A stretch of DNA of 64,000 nucleotides from an uncultured Pseudomonadota bacterium (GCA_963737345.1 CAVTSM010000013.1:26280-90279); one strand, 5' to 3'; numbered from the stretch's first letter, positions 20,701-28,621 are shown. Numbers and translations: made by a program. The notes: generated from the sequence alone by a model not told the origin.

Positions 20701-21727
20701 CGGCACGCTCCTTTTGCTCGGCTGAAAACGGAATCCGCTCGATGAGCGCGCTAGCGTAGTTGGTCGCATCCAACTCGGCGAGTGGTTTCAGTTCCAGCGG
20801 CGGAGCGAGGAGGCGTTCTCGTGGGTCCGTCAGAACCCGAATGACTGGATCGCGAGGCGATCGTACGGCTACCAGGACCTTCCATTGCTTTGTGCGGGTC
20901 CGAAGCTCGGCGAGAAAGCGCTCCATGAAGCCTGGATCGGTCGGCTCGTCGAGGATCACCAGAGCCTTCGTCTCCGGCACGATTCCCAGGTACCACTCTC
21001 CCGCCTTGGCGAGGTGTTGCGTGCCGCAGTAGACGGTGTCGACGACGCCGTCGGCAATCAGTCGACGCGCGGTTTCGTAGAGGAGTCTCGACTTTCCCGT
21101 TCCACCGGGCCCGTGAACCAGCTTGACGTTCTCGCTCGCCCCGACGAACGCCACCAGCTCGTCGACCTCCGTCGTGCGGCCCTCGAAAGGGATCTCGTAG
21201 GCGCGTTCCAGTACCTCGCGTTGTACGAGAGCGTCGCGATGCTCGGCCAAGGTGATGAAGAGGCGCGGGCGGCGCCCGAAGTATGCGTCGCCGACGTCCG
21301 GGTGCGCAGCGAGCCACTCTTCGAGCTTCGGTAAGCCCGTAACGGTCGCCTTCAGACCCAGCTTCGCAAATTCCGGAACAACTTCGGCGTCCCACCTCGC
21401 CTTGTCCGCGGTGCCCCATGGAACGTTTGTGATGAGGTTCCAGTACTTGACGTCCTTCCAGGCGCTCCACCAGCGATGGCTTGGCTGCCGATAATCTGCG
21501 ATCTTGCCGAGTTCGCGCTTGGCGTCAGCTATGGCGTTCGCGGCCGTGCCGCTCTTGTGGTGCTTGGACTGGTAGACCGTCGCACGATCGCCGGACACCG
21601 CATCGATCGCCCCGTCGGCACCTTCCCTGTTAAAGATCCACGCCAAAGGATCTTCGTGGAGCAACAGGTTCCCCACCATCGCGTGGAACGTTGCCCCTGA
21701 CTCAATCTGTCCCCAGTTATAAGCCAC
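17726..21727 (-). CDS. Mrr-like restriction endonuclease fused to a STAND-type P-loop NTPase and long helical region (Avs-like defence protein), 1333 aa
   Basis: N-terminal ADGAIDA...VYQSK (PD-(D/E/Q)xK); FEGR, Walker A HGPGGTGKS, Walker B LVILDE. Confidence 0.75.
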   Translation of the reverse strand: MAYNWGQIESGATFHAMVGNLLLHEDPLAWIFNREGADGAIDAVSGDRATVYQSKHHKSGTAANAIADAKRELGKIADYRQPSHRWWSAWKDVKYWNLITNVPWGTADKARWDAEVVPEFAKLGLKATVTGLPKLEEWLAAHPDVGDAYFGRRPRLFITLAEHRDALVQREVLERAYEIPFEGRTTEVDELVAFVGASENVKLVHGPGGTGKSRLLYETARRLIADGVVDTVYCGTQHLAKAGEWYLGIVPETKALVILDEPTDPGFMERFLAELRTRTKQWKVLVAVRSPRDPVIRVLTDPRERLLAPPLELKPLAELDATNYASALIERIPFSAEQKERAVRWLVNVCGRFPIWMTVAVRLLEERGDLADLPIDEFRIAAEYLRDILEHTSPEIGDAPRVHNLLNWIALLQPVNRQADGVLAFLAAHTGFADAGAVDRAIVDLARRRVLTVYGVERRLVEIRPDVLRDHLLVNWLTYDDGHGRGPSSEARTIADELAAGALAGTPTPFDERVVRSLARLEILLEQGVDFLGPIAEAAARLAEKAADTEAQEKTVAFASPLAFPRPSYAARISKTLRSRNVPETLQPTLLGEHHVSREAVLDSLGSVLFRAAKGATTADERKAILAELASLADEQAGRANPPRDNDGSSAASLIPRMLHERYGYRSSFHGEAVALAVKFLDEIEGGLPPSASGQIILRALLEIERHDTHLDEADAMKLHMETFRILHQSELGRSVIAIRERLWKMVKLGILRGAARKVLWELLDHLNTNLNKVRDEQGWEALLSEDLVRCRELVSAAGAALEDIQAARALWLWHLKYDRGSERQRVARECEDAYLANPVVAIYAPLFGSKSIGNDDAKLSAAVAALPSPLTVSAVASVIDGALLFTSTHADEWRANQVHQFARLLGERRGGEAGVQEFVKGCLREGRSHRIFRLAISIAAGHLHALRVAKDVRGTHSALEGLAACLPDEQSLSAFVLAIYGQAGSVVVREFGEADGAFLHSHQSALLALGTESVFFVLGRFLSRDDQAATLANVEFLKLPQDTRANALNALWHGYYDTLSHDFGESDVSASVVELLLELTMTVPDLRDVGGNLVGWEIEQILGRCPNKPLGWMAGVLRRRLAAFGEHNRLHTAENRPGHVFLVPGHDTYLVQIVEPIPDRPATPEERAAIAELMGLADADWTIEYHLPELLASLDPHGRAVAEVIVDNINDALMTSTAAALVGRSRFASRYPERSTGWRRIAVAACQRMEAVGLGTEDRRKVYSSMLFHGVESWAGSPKDLHPRWQEAVDTAQKALDEETESVLRPFWQWCLENEQRQLEREKARLEERAWD

Positions 21728-21913
21728 GGATTCTCATTCTCCCGGCTGCAACCGGTCGCCACTCCCCGTGTCTCTGAGTGCGTACGCTGACGTCGCCGCG
21801 AGTCTATCACCACGGACTCGCCGCGGGCCCCGCCTATATGTTGTTCCCGCTCACCATCGCCGCGGTCATCGCTGACATCATCGTTTCGAAGTTCTTCTGT
21901 TCCTTGTCGCTAA

Positions 21914-23204
21914 GGCGGCGCGCGTAAATTAACTATTCAATCGCAAGGAAGCGTGATCTCCTGCGGTTGTGAGCCGAGACGAAGAGTTGGAAGCGGCCAT
22001 CGTGGCGAAGTACGCGGTGGTCGCGCCGGTTCTCAACGAGCGTGCGCGTCGTCTGTGGGCGGCGGCGGAGTCGAGATCCATCGGGTACGGAGGTGACTCC
22101 GTTGTTTCTGCGGCGACAGGGATTTCGCGGGTAACGATCCGGAGCGGCCGCCGCGAGATCGAAGGCGGAGTCGAGGCCACGACACGGGTGCGCCGAGTCG
22201 GTGCGGGACGCCCGGGCATCGAGAAGACGAACCCGGGAGTGAAACAGGCGCTCGAGCAGCTGGTCGATCCGCTCACCCGTGGCGACCCCATGTCGCCGCT
22301 TCGATGGACCTGCAAGAGCAGAGCGAAGCTCGCGTCGACGCTGGCGAACGACGGATGGCGTGTGAGCTCCACGACGGTCGGACGTCTGCTCCACGAACTC
22401 GGATACAGCCTGCAATCGGTGCGCAAGACCCGCGAAGGGGACTCGCATCCAGACCGCAACGAACAGTTCGAGCACATCAACGCGACCACCACGTCGTTCC
22501 TGCGCCGGAAGCAGCCGGTGATCTCCGTCGACACGAAAAAGAAGGAACTGGTCGGTGATTTCAAAAACGCCGGACGGGAATGGCAACCGCGGGCCACGCC
22601 CGAAGAGGCACTGGTGCACGATTTCCCGGGCGATGCGATCGGCAAGGCGATCCCGTACGGCGTCTACGACATGGCCCGCAATGAGGCATGGGTGAACGTC
22701 GGCCGCGACCACGACACTCCCCAATTCGCCGTCGCTTCGATCCGTCAGTGGTGGAAGATGATGGGCAGCGGCGCGTACCCGGACGCCAAGCAGCTGTTCA
22801 TCACGGCGGACGCGGGAGGAAGCAACGGCTACCGCTCGCTGGCTTGGAAGCATGAGCTCCAGAAATTTGCTGACGACGTGCGGCTGAGCATCCGGGTGAG
22901 TCACTTCCCACCGGGAACGAGCAAGTGGAACAAGATCGAACATCGCCTCTTCTGTCACATCACGCAGAACTGGCGGGGCAAGCCCCTGCGAACGTTCGAG
23001 ACGATCGTCGATCTGATCGGAACCACCAGCACAGTCGCTGGCTTGCGAGTAAAGGCCAACCTCGACAAGCGAAAGTATCGAACCGGCATTGAGATCACGA
23101 AGGCGCAGATGAGTGGCCTGGCTTTGCACCCTCACGACTTCCACGGCGAGTGGAACTACGAGCTTCAACCTCGCGACTTGAAAAGTTAAATAGGATCAGC
23201 CGCC
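21914..23204 (+). mobile_element. ISAzo13-family insertion sequence (1291 bp) with TAA target duplication
   Basis: Imperfect terminal IRs GGCGGC-N9-TTAACT at both ends; TAA at 21911-21913 and 23205-23207; removing it restores the host reading frame L-A-R-L-S-D-K. Confidence 0.9.
21969..23189 (+). CDS. ISAzo13-family transposase
   Basis: RGDPMSPLRWTCKS, HPDRNEQF, ISVDTKKKELVG, ITADAGGSNGYR, PPGTSKWNKIEHRLF, FHGEWNY. Confidence 0.95.
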   Translation: MSRDEELEAAIVAKYAVVAPVLNERARRLWAAAESRSIGYGGDSVVSAATGISRVTIRSGRREIEGGVEATTRVRRVGAGRPGIEKTNPGVKQALEQLVDPLTRGDPMSPLRWTCKSRAKLASTLANDGWRVSSTTVGRLLHELGYSLQSVRKTREGDSHPDRNEQFEHINATTTSFLRRKQPVISVDTKKKELVGDFKNAGREWQPRATPEEALVHDFPGDAIGKAIPYGVYDMARNEAWVNVGRDHDTPQFAVASIRQWWKMMGSGAYPDAKQLFITADAGGSNGYRSLAWKHELQKFADDVRLSIRVSHFPPGTSKWNKIEHRLFCHITQNWRGKPLRTFETIVDLIGTTSTVAGLRVKANLDKRKYRTGIEITKAQMSGLALHPHDFHGEWNYELQPRDLKS

Positions 23205-23571
23205 TAAGGCGCGCCAGCTCGCGCATCTCCGCTTCCTGGGCGCGCTGGCGACGCTCTCGATCAGTATTCGTGCGCCGCTCCAACTCGCCGTCCTCGAGGC
23301 CGATGAGCCATTCGTGCCAGAGCTCGCGGACGATCGATGGCGGGATCTACACCTCCTGGACGATCTCTCGCAGCTCTCATCCGTGATCGAATAGGTACCG
23401 GCCGCGAGGAGGACGCGTCAGCCTGGCTCGTCAAGCAGTTCCATCATGTCGAAGGGCTGCTGACCAAATTCATCCAAATGAATGGCGGGCTGGGCCGACA
23501 GCCAGTAGGACGTCGACCCAGGATGAAAAACAGTTATCGAGTCGTATCGGACCCGCTAACGGACTATCGAA

Positions 23572-23763
23572 TTAGCGTTTCTCACTTGCTTTGACGGTCA
23601 TCTCGGCCGATGCGACCTCTGAATCAGGCTTCCCTTTCATCCAGGCTGGCCAGCTTTCGACCTCTTTTGCAGTACGTTCGATAAAAGCGAGGAATTGTTT
23701 CGTCTCTCGCTCATCGTTGTTCTTTGCCTTCTTCTTGGTTTCGCTCATTTTTAGTTCCTTCAT
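23572..23763 (-). CDS. Small hypothetical protein coupled to the dCTP deaminase gene
   Basis: ATG overlaps the deaminase TGA (ATGA); alternative ATG at 23748 with AAGGA RBS; FLAFIERTAKEVESWPAWMKG. Confidence 0.6.
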   Translation of the reverse strand: MKELKMSETKKKAKNNDERETKQFLAFIERTAKEVESWPAWMKGKPDSEVASAEMTVKASEKR

Positions 23764-25202
23764 TGAGAGCCAGAATCTCGGTTGCTGCGAATCATTCTTC
23801 TCACCTCCGCCGCTGCCAGGTCTTCGCGCGCGATGTATGAGACAGGAGCCATTTGGATTCGAGGTATGCCAGATTTCCAGGCTGCCTTCTGACCATCTTT
23901 CTTCCGCTCGACATCTCTTCCTGACCCAAGGGAGAGCGAAAAAAGGTCGAAATAACGACGGGCTCCGATCCCCACGAACGCCTCGAAACTCACCTTCGAC
24001 GTGTCCGGACTGTCCAGCGATATTGAATCGTGGTGAAGCTCCAAGGCCCGGCTCTTTGGATAAGGCTCGACGTAAACGACCCGTCGAATTCCAGCGGCGA
24101 CTATATGTTTTGCGCAGTTGTGACAAGGGAATGTTGTCGAATACAACGTTCCCCCTCGTACCGACTGCCCGTTCCGGCTACACGCAATGATCGCTTCCAT
24201 CTCGGCGTGTGCCGCTCTCCCGAATTCGGTGACCTCAAGAACACGTGTCGCCTTTCGGAGCATCGTCTTTGAGACCGAAATGTTTGGCGAAACGGCTCTA
24301 ATAACCTTCTGCGCGAGCTCGGCTTTGATGGAGTCATTCGAGTCGGTCCCAAGGATGTGGTCCCGTTGGTCGTCCGCCCCTGGCCAATAAAGGCCGCCGC
24401 CCGCACGTGGCACATCGTTGGCCCCCACCGATAGAACGTCTCCGTGTTCCGACACGATCACGGCGCCCACTTGTCGAGCGAGGCTCGCCGATCGCAGCGC
24501 GCTCGAAAACGCTAAAAACATCGACTGCTCGTCTCGAGTTGGCGTGTGAAAGGGGCAGCCGAACACGAGATCCAGGAAGCGGCTCAATTCCTGATTTGGG
24601 AGGTCTTCTGCACGAAATCGCACGAAGGCGTCGGCCAAATGAAATGTATCTCTGGTTCGTTGACCGCTCGGATCACCCTCATCCTGGTCGCGATCGACGA
24701 GTGTGGCCGCTTGGCTTTGCGTCATTCGCCGATCGTTACGGAGATAGGAGAGGCGATCGTCCTCACGGCTGTAGACTCCGATAAGGAAAAACCCGGACCC
24801 GTAGATTTTACGAACTGCGGCGACCTCCTCCGGGTGTTTCAGCGAGTTCAGGATGTAGGCTCGCCGCGGAGTCGGTTGACGTTTCCCCTTCCTCGCCGGG
24901 CGTCGCGACGCGATCTTCGCAGCGGCGAGCAGGGCCAACACGGCACCTGAGCCGACACGACGCCTGAGCTCTGTTCCCGCGGTCATATACCGGCTGATAC
25001 GCTTGTACTCGGGCGTCTGCGGCAGTCCGGAGACGTAGTTCCGAATCAATTGGCTGAGCCGGATCTCTTCGGTCTTGTAGCTATGGGCATCGAGTTGGCT
25101 CGTCAGATCCGACGCGAACCGACTCAAGTCGGTACCCACCGCGCCCACCAACCCGAGGACCAGTTCAGCGTCCGGATAGTTCAAAGAGTCTAGGGCGGCC
25201 AT
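23760..25202 (-). CDS. Anti-phage dCTP deaminase (kinase-like P-loop domain plus deaminase; AvcD-like)
   Basis: ELVLGLVGAVGTD N-terminus, SLKHPEEV, RQVGAVI, HAEMEA and TTFPCHNC zinc motifs, YVEPYPKS. Confidence 0.92.
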   Translation of the reverse strand: MAALDSLNYPDAELVLGLVGAVGTDLSRFASDLTSQLDAHSYKTEEIRLSQLIRNYVSGLPQTPEYKRISRYMTAGTELRRRVGSGAVLALLAAAKIASRRPARKGKRQPTPRRAYILNSLKHPEEVAAVRKIYGSGFFLIGVYSREDDRLSYLRNDRRMTQSQAATLVDRDQDEGDPSGQRTRDTFHLADAFVRFRAEDLPNQELSRFLDLVFGCPFHTPTRDEQSMFLAFSSALRSASLARQVGAVIVSEHGDVLSVGANDVPRAGGGLYWPGADDQRDHILGTDSNDSIKAELAQKVIRAVSPNISVSKTMLRKATRVLEVTEFGRAAHAEMEAIIACSRNGQSVRGGTLYSTTFPCHNCAKHIVAAGIRRVVYVEPYPKSRALELHHDSISLDSPDTSKVSFEAFVGIGARRYFDLFSLSLGSGRDVERKKDGQKAAWKSGIPRIQMAPVSYIAREDLAAAEVRRMIRSNRDSGSQ

Positions 25203-25354
25203 CGTTCCCTATCGGGCTGCCCCTACCTCAGTTCGCTGAGCCACCTTGCACGGAGATATGGCCATAAAATCGCCTTTAGAATCAACTGGGTAGCCCGCAT
25301 ACGCCGGGAATCTCTTGGGTCTTGGAGAGCTATCCACAGCTTTCCCACAGGATA

Positions 25355-25370
25355 CTGAACATACGATCAG
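25355..25370. promoter_or_regulatory. Second putative LexA-like box upstream of the dCTP deaminase
   Basis: CTGAAC-ATAC-GATCAG, one mismatch from the half-sites at 12501-12516. Confidence 0.45.
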
Positions 25371-25524
25371 ATGGCCAGCTTGCACAGGGCCGCCCCGACG
25401 ATCTTCTCGTTCCGATCGTAAGCGCGGTTGCCTGGACCGCAATTTTTGGAGCTACTCGGACGAGCCACCGACCGACGCTTTAGTGCCCGGCGCAGAATCT
25501 CGAGGAGCAGTAGGACAAGCGCCC

Positions 25525-26064
25525 CTACTTTTCCTTTCCGGCCGCGAGGGACGCCGCGATCGTGGCCATCGTCGTTTCGAAGTTCCGCTGCTCCTCGTCG
25601 CTCCGCCGCTCCAGTGCCTGCAATTCCTTCTCCTCAGCGCGGCGACGACGATCCCGCTCGACGGTCTTCCGCCGCTCCATCTCGCCATCCTCAAGGCCGA
25701 CGAGCCACTCGTGCCACAGGTCACGCACCACGCCTGGTGGGACCTCAATCTCTTCGACGATCTCGCGCAGCTCGCGCCCGTGATCGAACAGGTAGAAGAC
25801 ACGGGCGGCGAGGCGCCCTTCCGAGAGCGGGAGACCAGTCGGGCTTGGCTTCGCACGGGCCGCCTTCAACCCTGCGACCTCGGTCGGGTCGAACACCCAG
25901 CCCCGCGCCTCGCGTATCGGGTGCAGCGTCTGCCCCTCCATCTTGCGGATCGGGAAGATGCTCCGGTAACCCAGTTCGGCCGCCACCTGGGCGCGCGTGA
26001 GCCAGCCGTCGTGCGGGTTGCTTGCTTTCGGAGGTTGCTTCTCGTCTGAGTCGGGGTTCGTCAT
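25525..26064 (-). CDS. HTH DNA-binding protein with C-terminal coiled coil
   Basis: WLTRAQVAAELGYRSIFPIRKMEG...WVFDPTEV; GGAGGA RBS. Confidence 0.75.
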   Translation of the reverse strand: MTNPDSDEKQPPKASNPHDGWLTRAQVAAELGYRSIFPIRKMEGQTLHPIREARGWVFDPTEVAGLKAARAKPSPTGLPLSEGRLAARVFYLFDHGRELREIVEEIEVPPGVVRDLWHEWLVGLEDGEMERRKTVERDRRRRAEEKELQALERRSDEEQRNFETTMATIAASLAAGKEK

Positions 26065-26182
26065 GGTTCCTCCGGCGAAAATGGGCGAGTGGCGACACCT
26101 GAGCGCGGGCCGTAGCAGAAGCAGGGCAGAAATCAGCCGCATCAAGCAGGGAAGAAGCAGGCAGGGCCGCGATGAGCGACGC

Positions 26183-26380
26183 TCAGCGCCCATCCGGCTC
26201 TCCGCCGGTTCCGCGCCGCGCCTCGATGAAAGCCGCCAGGTTGCCCGGCGCTACGCGAATCGCGTTTAAGACGCGCACGTGGGCGAGCTGGCCCTCGCCC
26301 ACCAGCTGGTACACCGTCGCGGTACACACGCCGAGCTGGGCGGCCACGTCGCGCACCGTGAGGAGCGCCCCCCGCCCCAC
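26183..26380 (-). CDS. HTH_17 domain; probable C-terminal domain of the integrase in the excised form
   Basis: LLTVRDVAAQLGVCTATVYQLVGEGQLAHVRVLNAIRV; one base off the frame that runs from attR. Confidence 0.7.
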   Translation of the reverse strand: MGRGALLTVRDVAAQLGVCTATVYQLVGEGQLAHVRVLNAIRVAPGNLAAFIEARRGTGGEPDGR

Positions 26381-26407
26381 CCTTCACCACGCCCAGCCGC
26401 CGCGCCC

Positions 26408-26429
26408 CCTGCAGCAAGGGTGCAGCAAA
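26408..26429 (+). repeat. Putative integrase arm-type site (right)
   Basis: Identical 22-mer to 10881-10902. Confidence 0.7.
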
Positions 26430-26555
26430 AACCCGGCGAAGCGGGGCTACCGGCTCCGACGGATGGACCTCGCCGCCGATCCCACCACTAACGAAATCGC
26501 TCGCTTGCGACGCCGAGCTACCGCGAGCTACCCCGTCCGATGCCCCCGGAGCGTA

Positions 26556-26598
26556 TTCCCAAGCTGAATGTCGCCGGTTCGAACCCGGTATCCCGCTC
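26556..26598 (+). repeat. attR core (duplicated 3' half of tRNA-Gly)
   Basis: 43/43 identity with 10768-10810, starting at the anticodon loop. Confidence 0.95.
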
Positions 26599-26763
26599 AA
26601 AGCCAAGTCGTAGCGATGAGGTCGCGACGGTGATGCGGCGCAGGTGATCGTCGTCCACCCAAGGAGCCCGCGGTAGCCGACGAGCGAGACCACCTTCCCG
26701 AGCGGCGCGTCGACCTCCGCCTGCGCGACCGAGCTATAGCGCTCGGTCATCTCTTCCGCGGAG

Positions 26764-27325
26764 GTGGACGCGATCAAAAACCATTTTCGAGTCGTCAACG
26801 CGGGCCGTCCTGTCCTTGACGTTGCTGGCCCTGGCGCGACTGGCCGCCTGTTCCTCCTCCCCTGGAACGCAACCCGGTGGCGCTACCGGCGGGGTGACCG
26901 GCTCGGGTGGTGCCGCTCTTGGCGCTGGGGGCTCCGGGCCGTCTGCCAGCGGAGGTGCCGGCCCGGTTGCGACCGGGGGCGCGAGGGCGCGAACGCCACC
27001 GGGGCCGACCCCTCGAAAATTGGAACGTGAACTCCGGCACCGGGCGCGACCTGCAACTGGTCGGCAAGGGGCGGTGATGCTGGGCAAGAGCAATGGCTGG
27101 GACGAATAGACACCGGCCGGCAACTACTTCGTGGTCAACTCGATGGCCGATTCCACCATCGACGCCAGCGTCCAGCTTTTGGAATTCGATCCGGACGGCA
27201 AGCTGGTCTGGCAACAAAAGCAGCCGTCGTCGGTCCGCTCGCTGGAAGAAGCCATCATCCTCGACGGTGTCGACACCTCCAAGCTGCAGATCGAACCGGA
27301 AGGGCAGCTGATCCCAGCGCCCTGA
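26764..27325 (+). pseudogene. Fragmented Gly-rich lipoprotein gene
   Basis: LAAC lipobox and GG linker in one frame, C-terminal piece (27131..27325) in another. Confidence 0.45.
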
Positions 27326-27566
27326 GGAGCACGTCGGCGCGCCCGTGATCGTCAAGTGCACGGCGCACCAACCGCGCAGGCCCGTCCGGCGTCGCCAGAT
27401 CCAGCGCGACCGCCGTGACCCGCTCTAGCCCGCCGAGCGCATCGATGCCGCGCGCGCCCGCGACGACGTGCGCGCCTTCTGCGACCAGCGCCTTGACGAT
27501 CGCAAGGCCGATGCCCTTACTTGCGCCTGTGACGATCGCGACCTTGTCTCTGAGCTGGAGATCCAT
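27326..27566 (-). pseudogene. Truncated short-chain dehydrogenase (N-terminal ~80 aa only)
   Basis: MDLQLRDKVAIVTGASKGIG...GRADVL, then homology ends before the NNAG motif. Confidence 0.75.
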
Positions 27567-27664
27567 TGGTCGCCCCGATATAAGGGTCGCGCCCCCCGAT
27601 GCCAACCAGGCAGGCACCTGGCGCTCGCTGCCGTAGTCCTTTGCCTGATCAACGGGAGAGAGCG

Positions 27665-28495
27665 ATGAACGAAGAGAGTTTGGCAGGCGTCGGTGGTCTC
27701 GAGATCTTCACGCGCGTCTGGCGTCCCGACGGAAAGGCGCGAGCCGTGATGGTCATCGTGCCCGGCTTCAACGCGCACAGCGGGTATTACCAGTGGGTGG
27801 CTGAGCAGCTCGTTTCGCACGGTCTGGCGGTGTATGCGCTCGATCTGCGCGGTCGCGGCCGATCCGGGGGCGAGCGGTTCTACGTCGAGAAGATCTCGGA
27901 CTACGTCGACGATGTCGCGACGCTGGTCAGCTCGGCGAAATCGCGGGAGCCGGGCTTGCCGGTCTTCCTGCTCGGGCACAGCGCGGGCGGCGTGGTCGCC
28001 TGCACGTATGCCCTCGATCACCAGGCCGACATCGCCGGCCTGGTCAGCGAGAGCTTCGCGTACCGCGTGCCGGCCCCGGACTTCGCGCTGGCCGTCTTGA
28101 AAGGCCTGAGCCACGTCGCACCGCACGCCCACGCGGTCAAGCTCAAGAATGCTGACTTCTCGCGCGATCCCCAGGTCGTGGCCGCCATGAACGCCGACCC
28201 GCTCATCGCCGACGAGTCGCAACCGCTGCAAACCATGGCCGCCCTCGTGCACGCCGACGAGCGCCTGAAGAAGGACTTCGGCAAGATCACCTTGCCGCTT
28301 CTCATCCTCCACGGCACGGCCGACAAGGCCGCGAAGTCCAGCGGCAGCGAAGAGTTCTACGAGGCTGCCGGCTCGACCGACAAGACCCTGAAGCTGTATG
28401 ACGGCGCCTTTCACGATCTGCTCAACGACCTCGACAAGCAGGTCGTCCTGGCGGACGTCCAGCACTGGGTCGACTCGCACATGCCGCCGAACTGA
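27665..28495 (+). CDS. Lysophospholipase / monoacylglycerol lipase (Hydrolase_4)
   Basis: ALDLRGRGRS, LLGHSAGG, LHGTAD, YDGAFHDLLND. Confidence 0.9.
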   Translation: MNEESLAGVGGLEIFTRVWRPDGKARAVMVIVPGFNAHSGYYQWVAEQLVSHGLAVYALDLRGRGRSGGERFYVEKISDYVDDVATLVSSAKSREPGLPVFLLGHSAGGVVACTYALDHQADIAGLVSESFAYRVPAPDFALAVLKGLSHVAPHAHAVKLKNADFSRDPQVVAAMNADPLIADESQPLQTMAALVHADERLKKDFGKITLPLLILHGTADKAAKSSGSEEFYEAAGSTDKTLKLYDGAFHDLLNDLDKQVVLADVQHWVDSHMPPN

Positions 28496-28534
28496 GGTCC
28501 GGCCCGGCGCCGGTCATGTGAAAGGGCCCGCCGC

Positions 28535-28578
28535 GCGTGATACGTGCGTGATACGTGCGTAATACGTGCGTGATACGC
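28535..28578 (+). repeat. Tandem repeat 4 x 11 bp (GCGTGATACGT)
   Basis: GCGTGATACGT GCGTGATACGT GCGTAATACGT GCGTGATACGC, intergenic. Confidence 0.9.
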
Positions 28579-28621
28579 GATCGACGGATCAGACAGAGAG
28601 ACTGACCCGTGGATCGGTACA

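Larger units (their letters stand above)
21834..23400 (-). pseudogene. Degenerate paralog of 25525..26064, with two in-frame stops and split by the IS
   Basis: YLFDHG*ELREIVQEV*IPPSIVRELWHEWLIGLEDGELERR...ELARL|SDKEQKNFETMMSAM aligns to YLFDHGRELREIVEEIEVPPGVVRDLWHEWLVGLEDGEMERR...SDEEQRNFETTMAT. Confidence 0.85.
10768..26598. mobile_element. Integrative element / defence island in tRNA-Gly(CCC), ~15.8 kb
   Basis: Perfect 43-bp direct repeat of the tRNA 3' half at 10768-10810 and 26556-26598; tyrosine integrase and xis next to attL; visibly less GC-biased cargo genes. Confidence 0.95.

Noticed and set aside
28535-28578. CRISPR array
   Set aside because: Units are 11 bp with no spacers; no cas genes or repeat-spacer array seen anywhere in the window.
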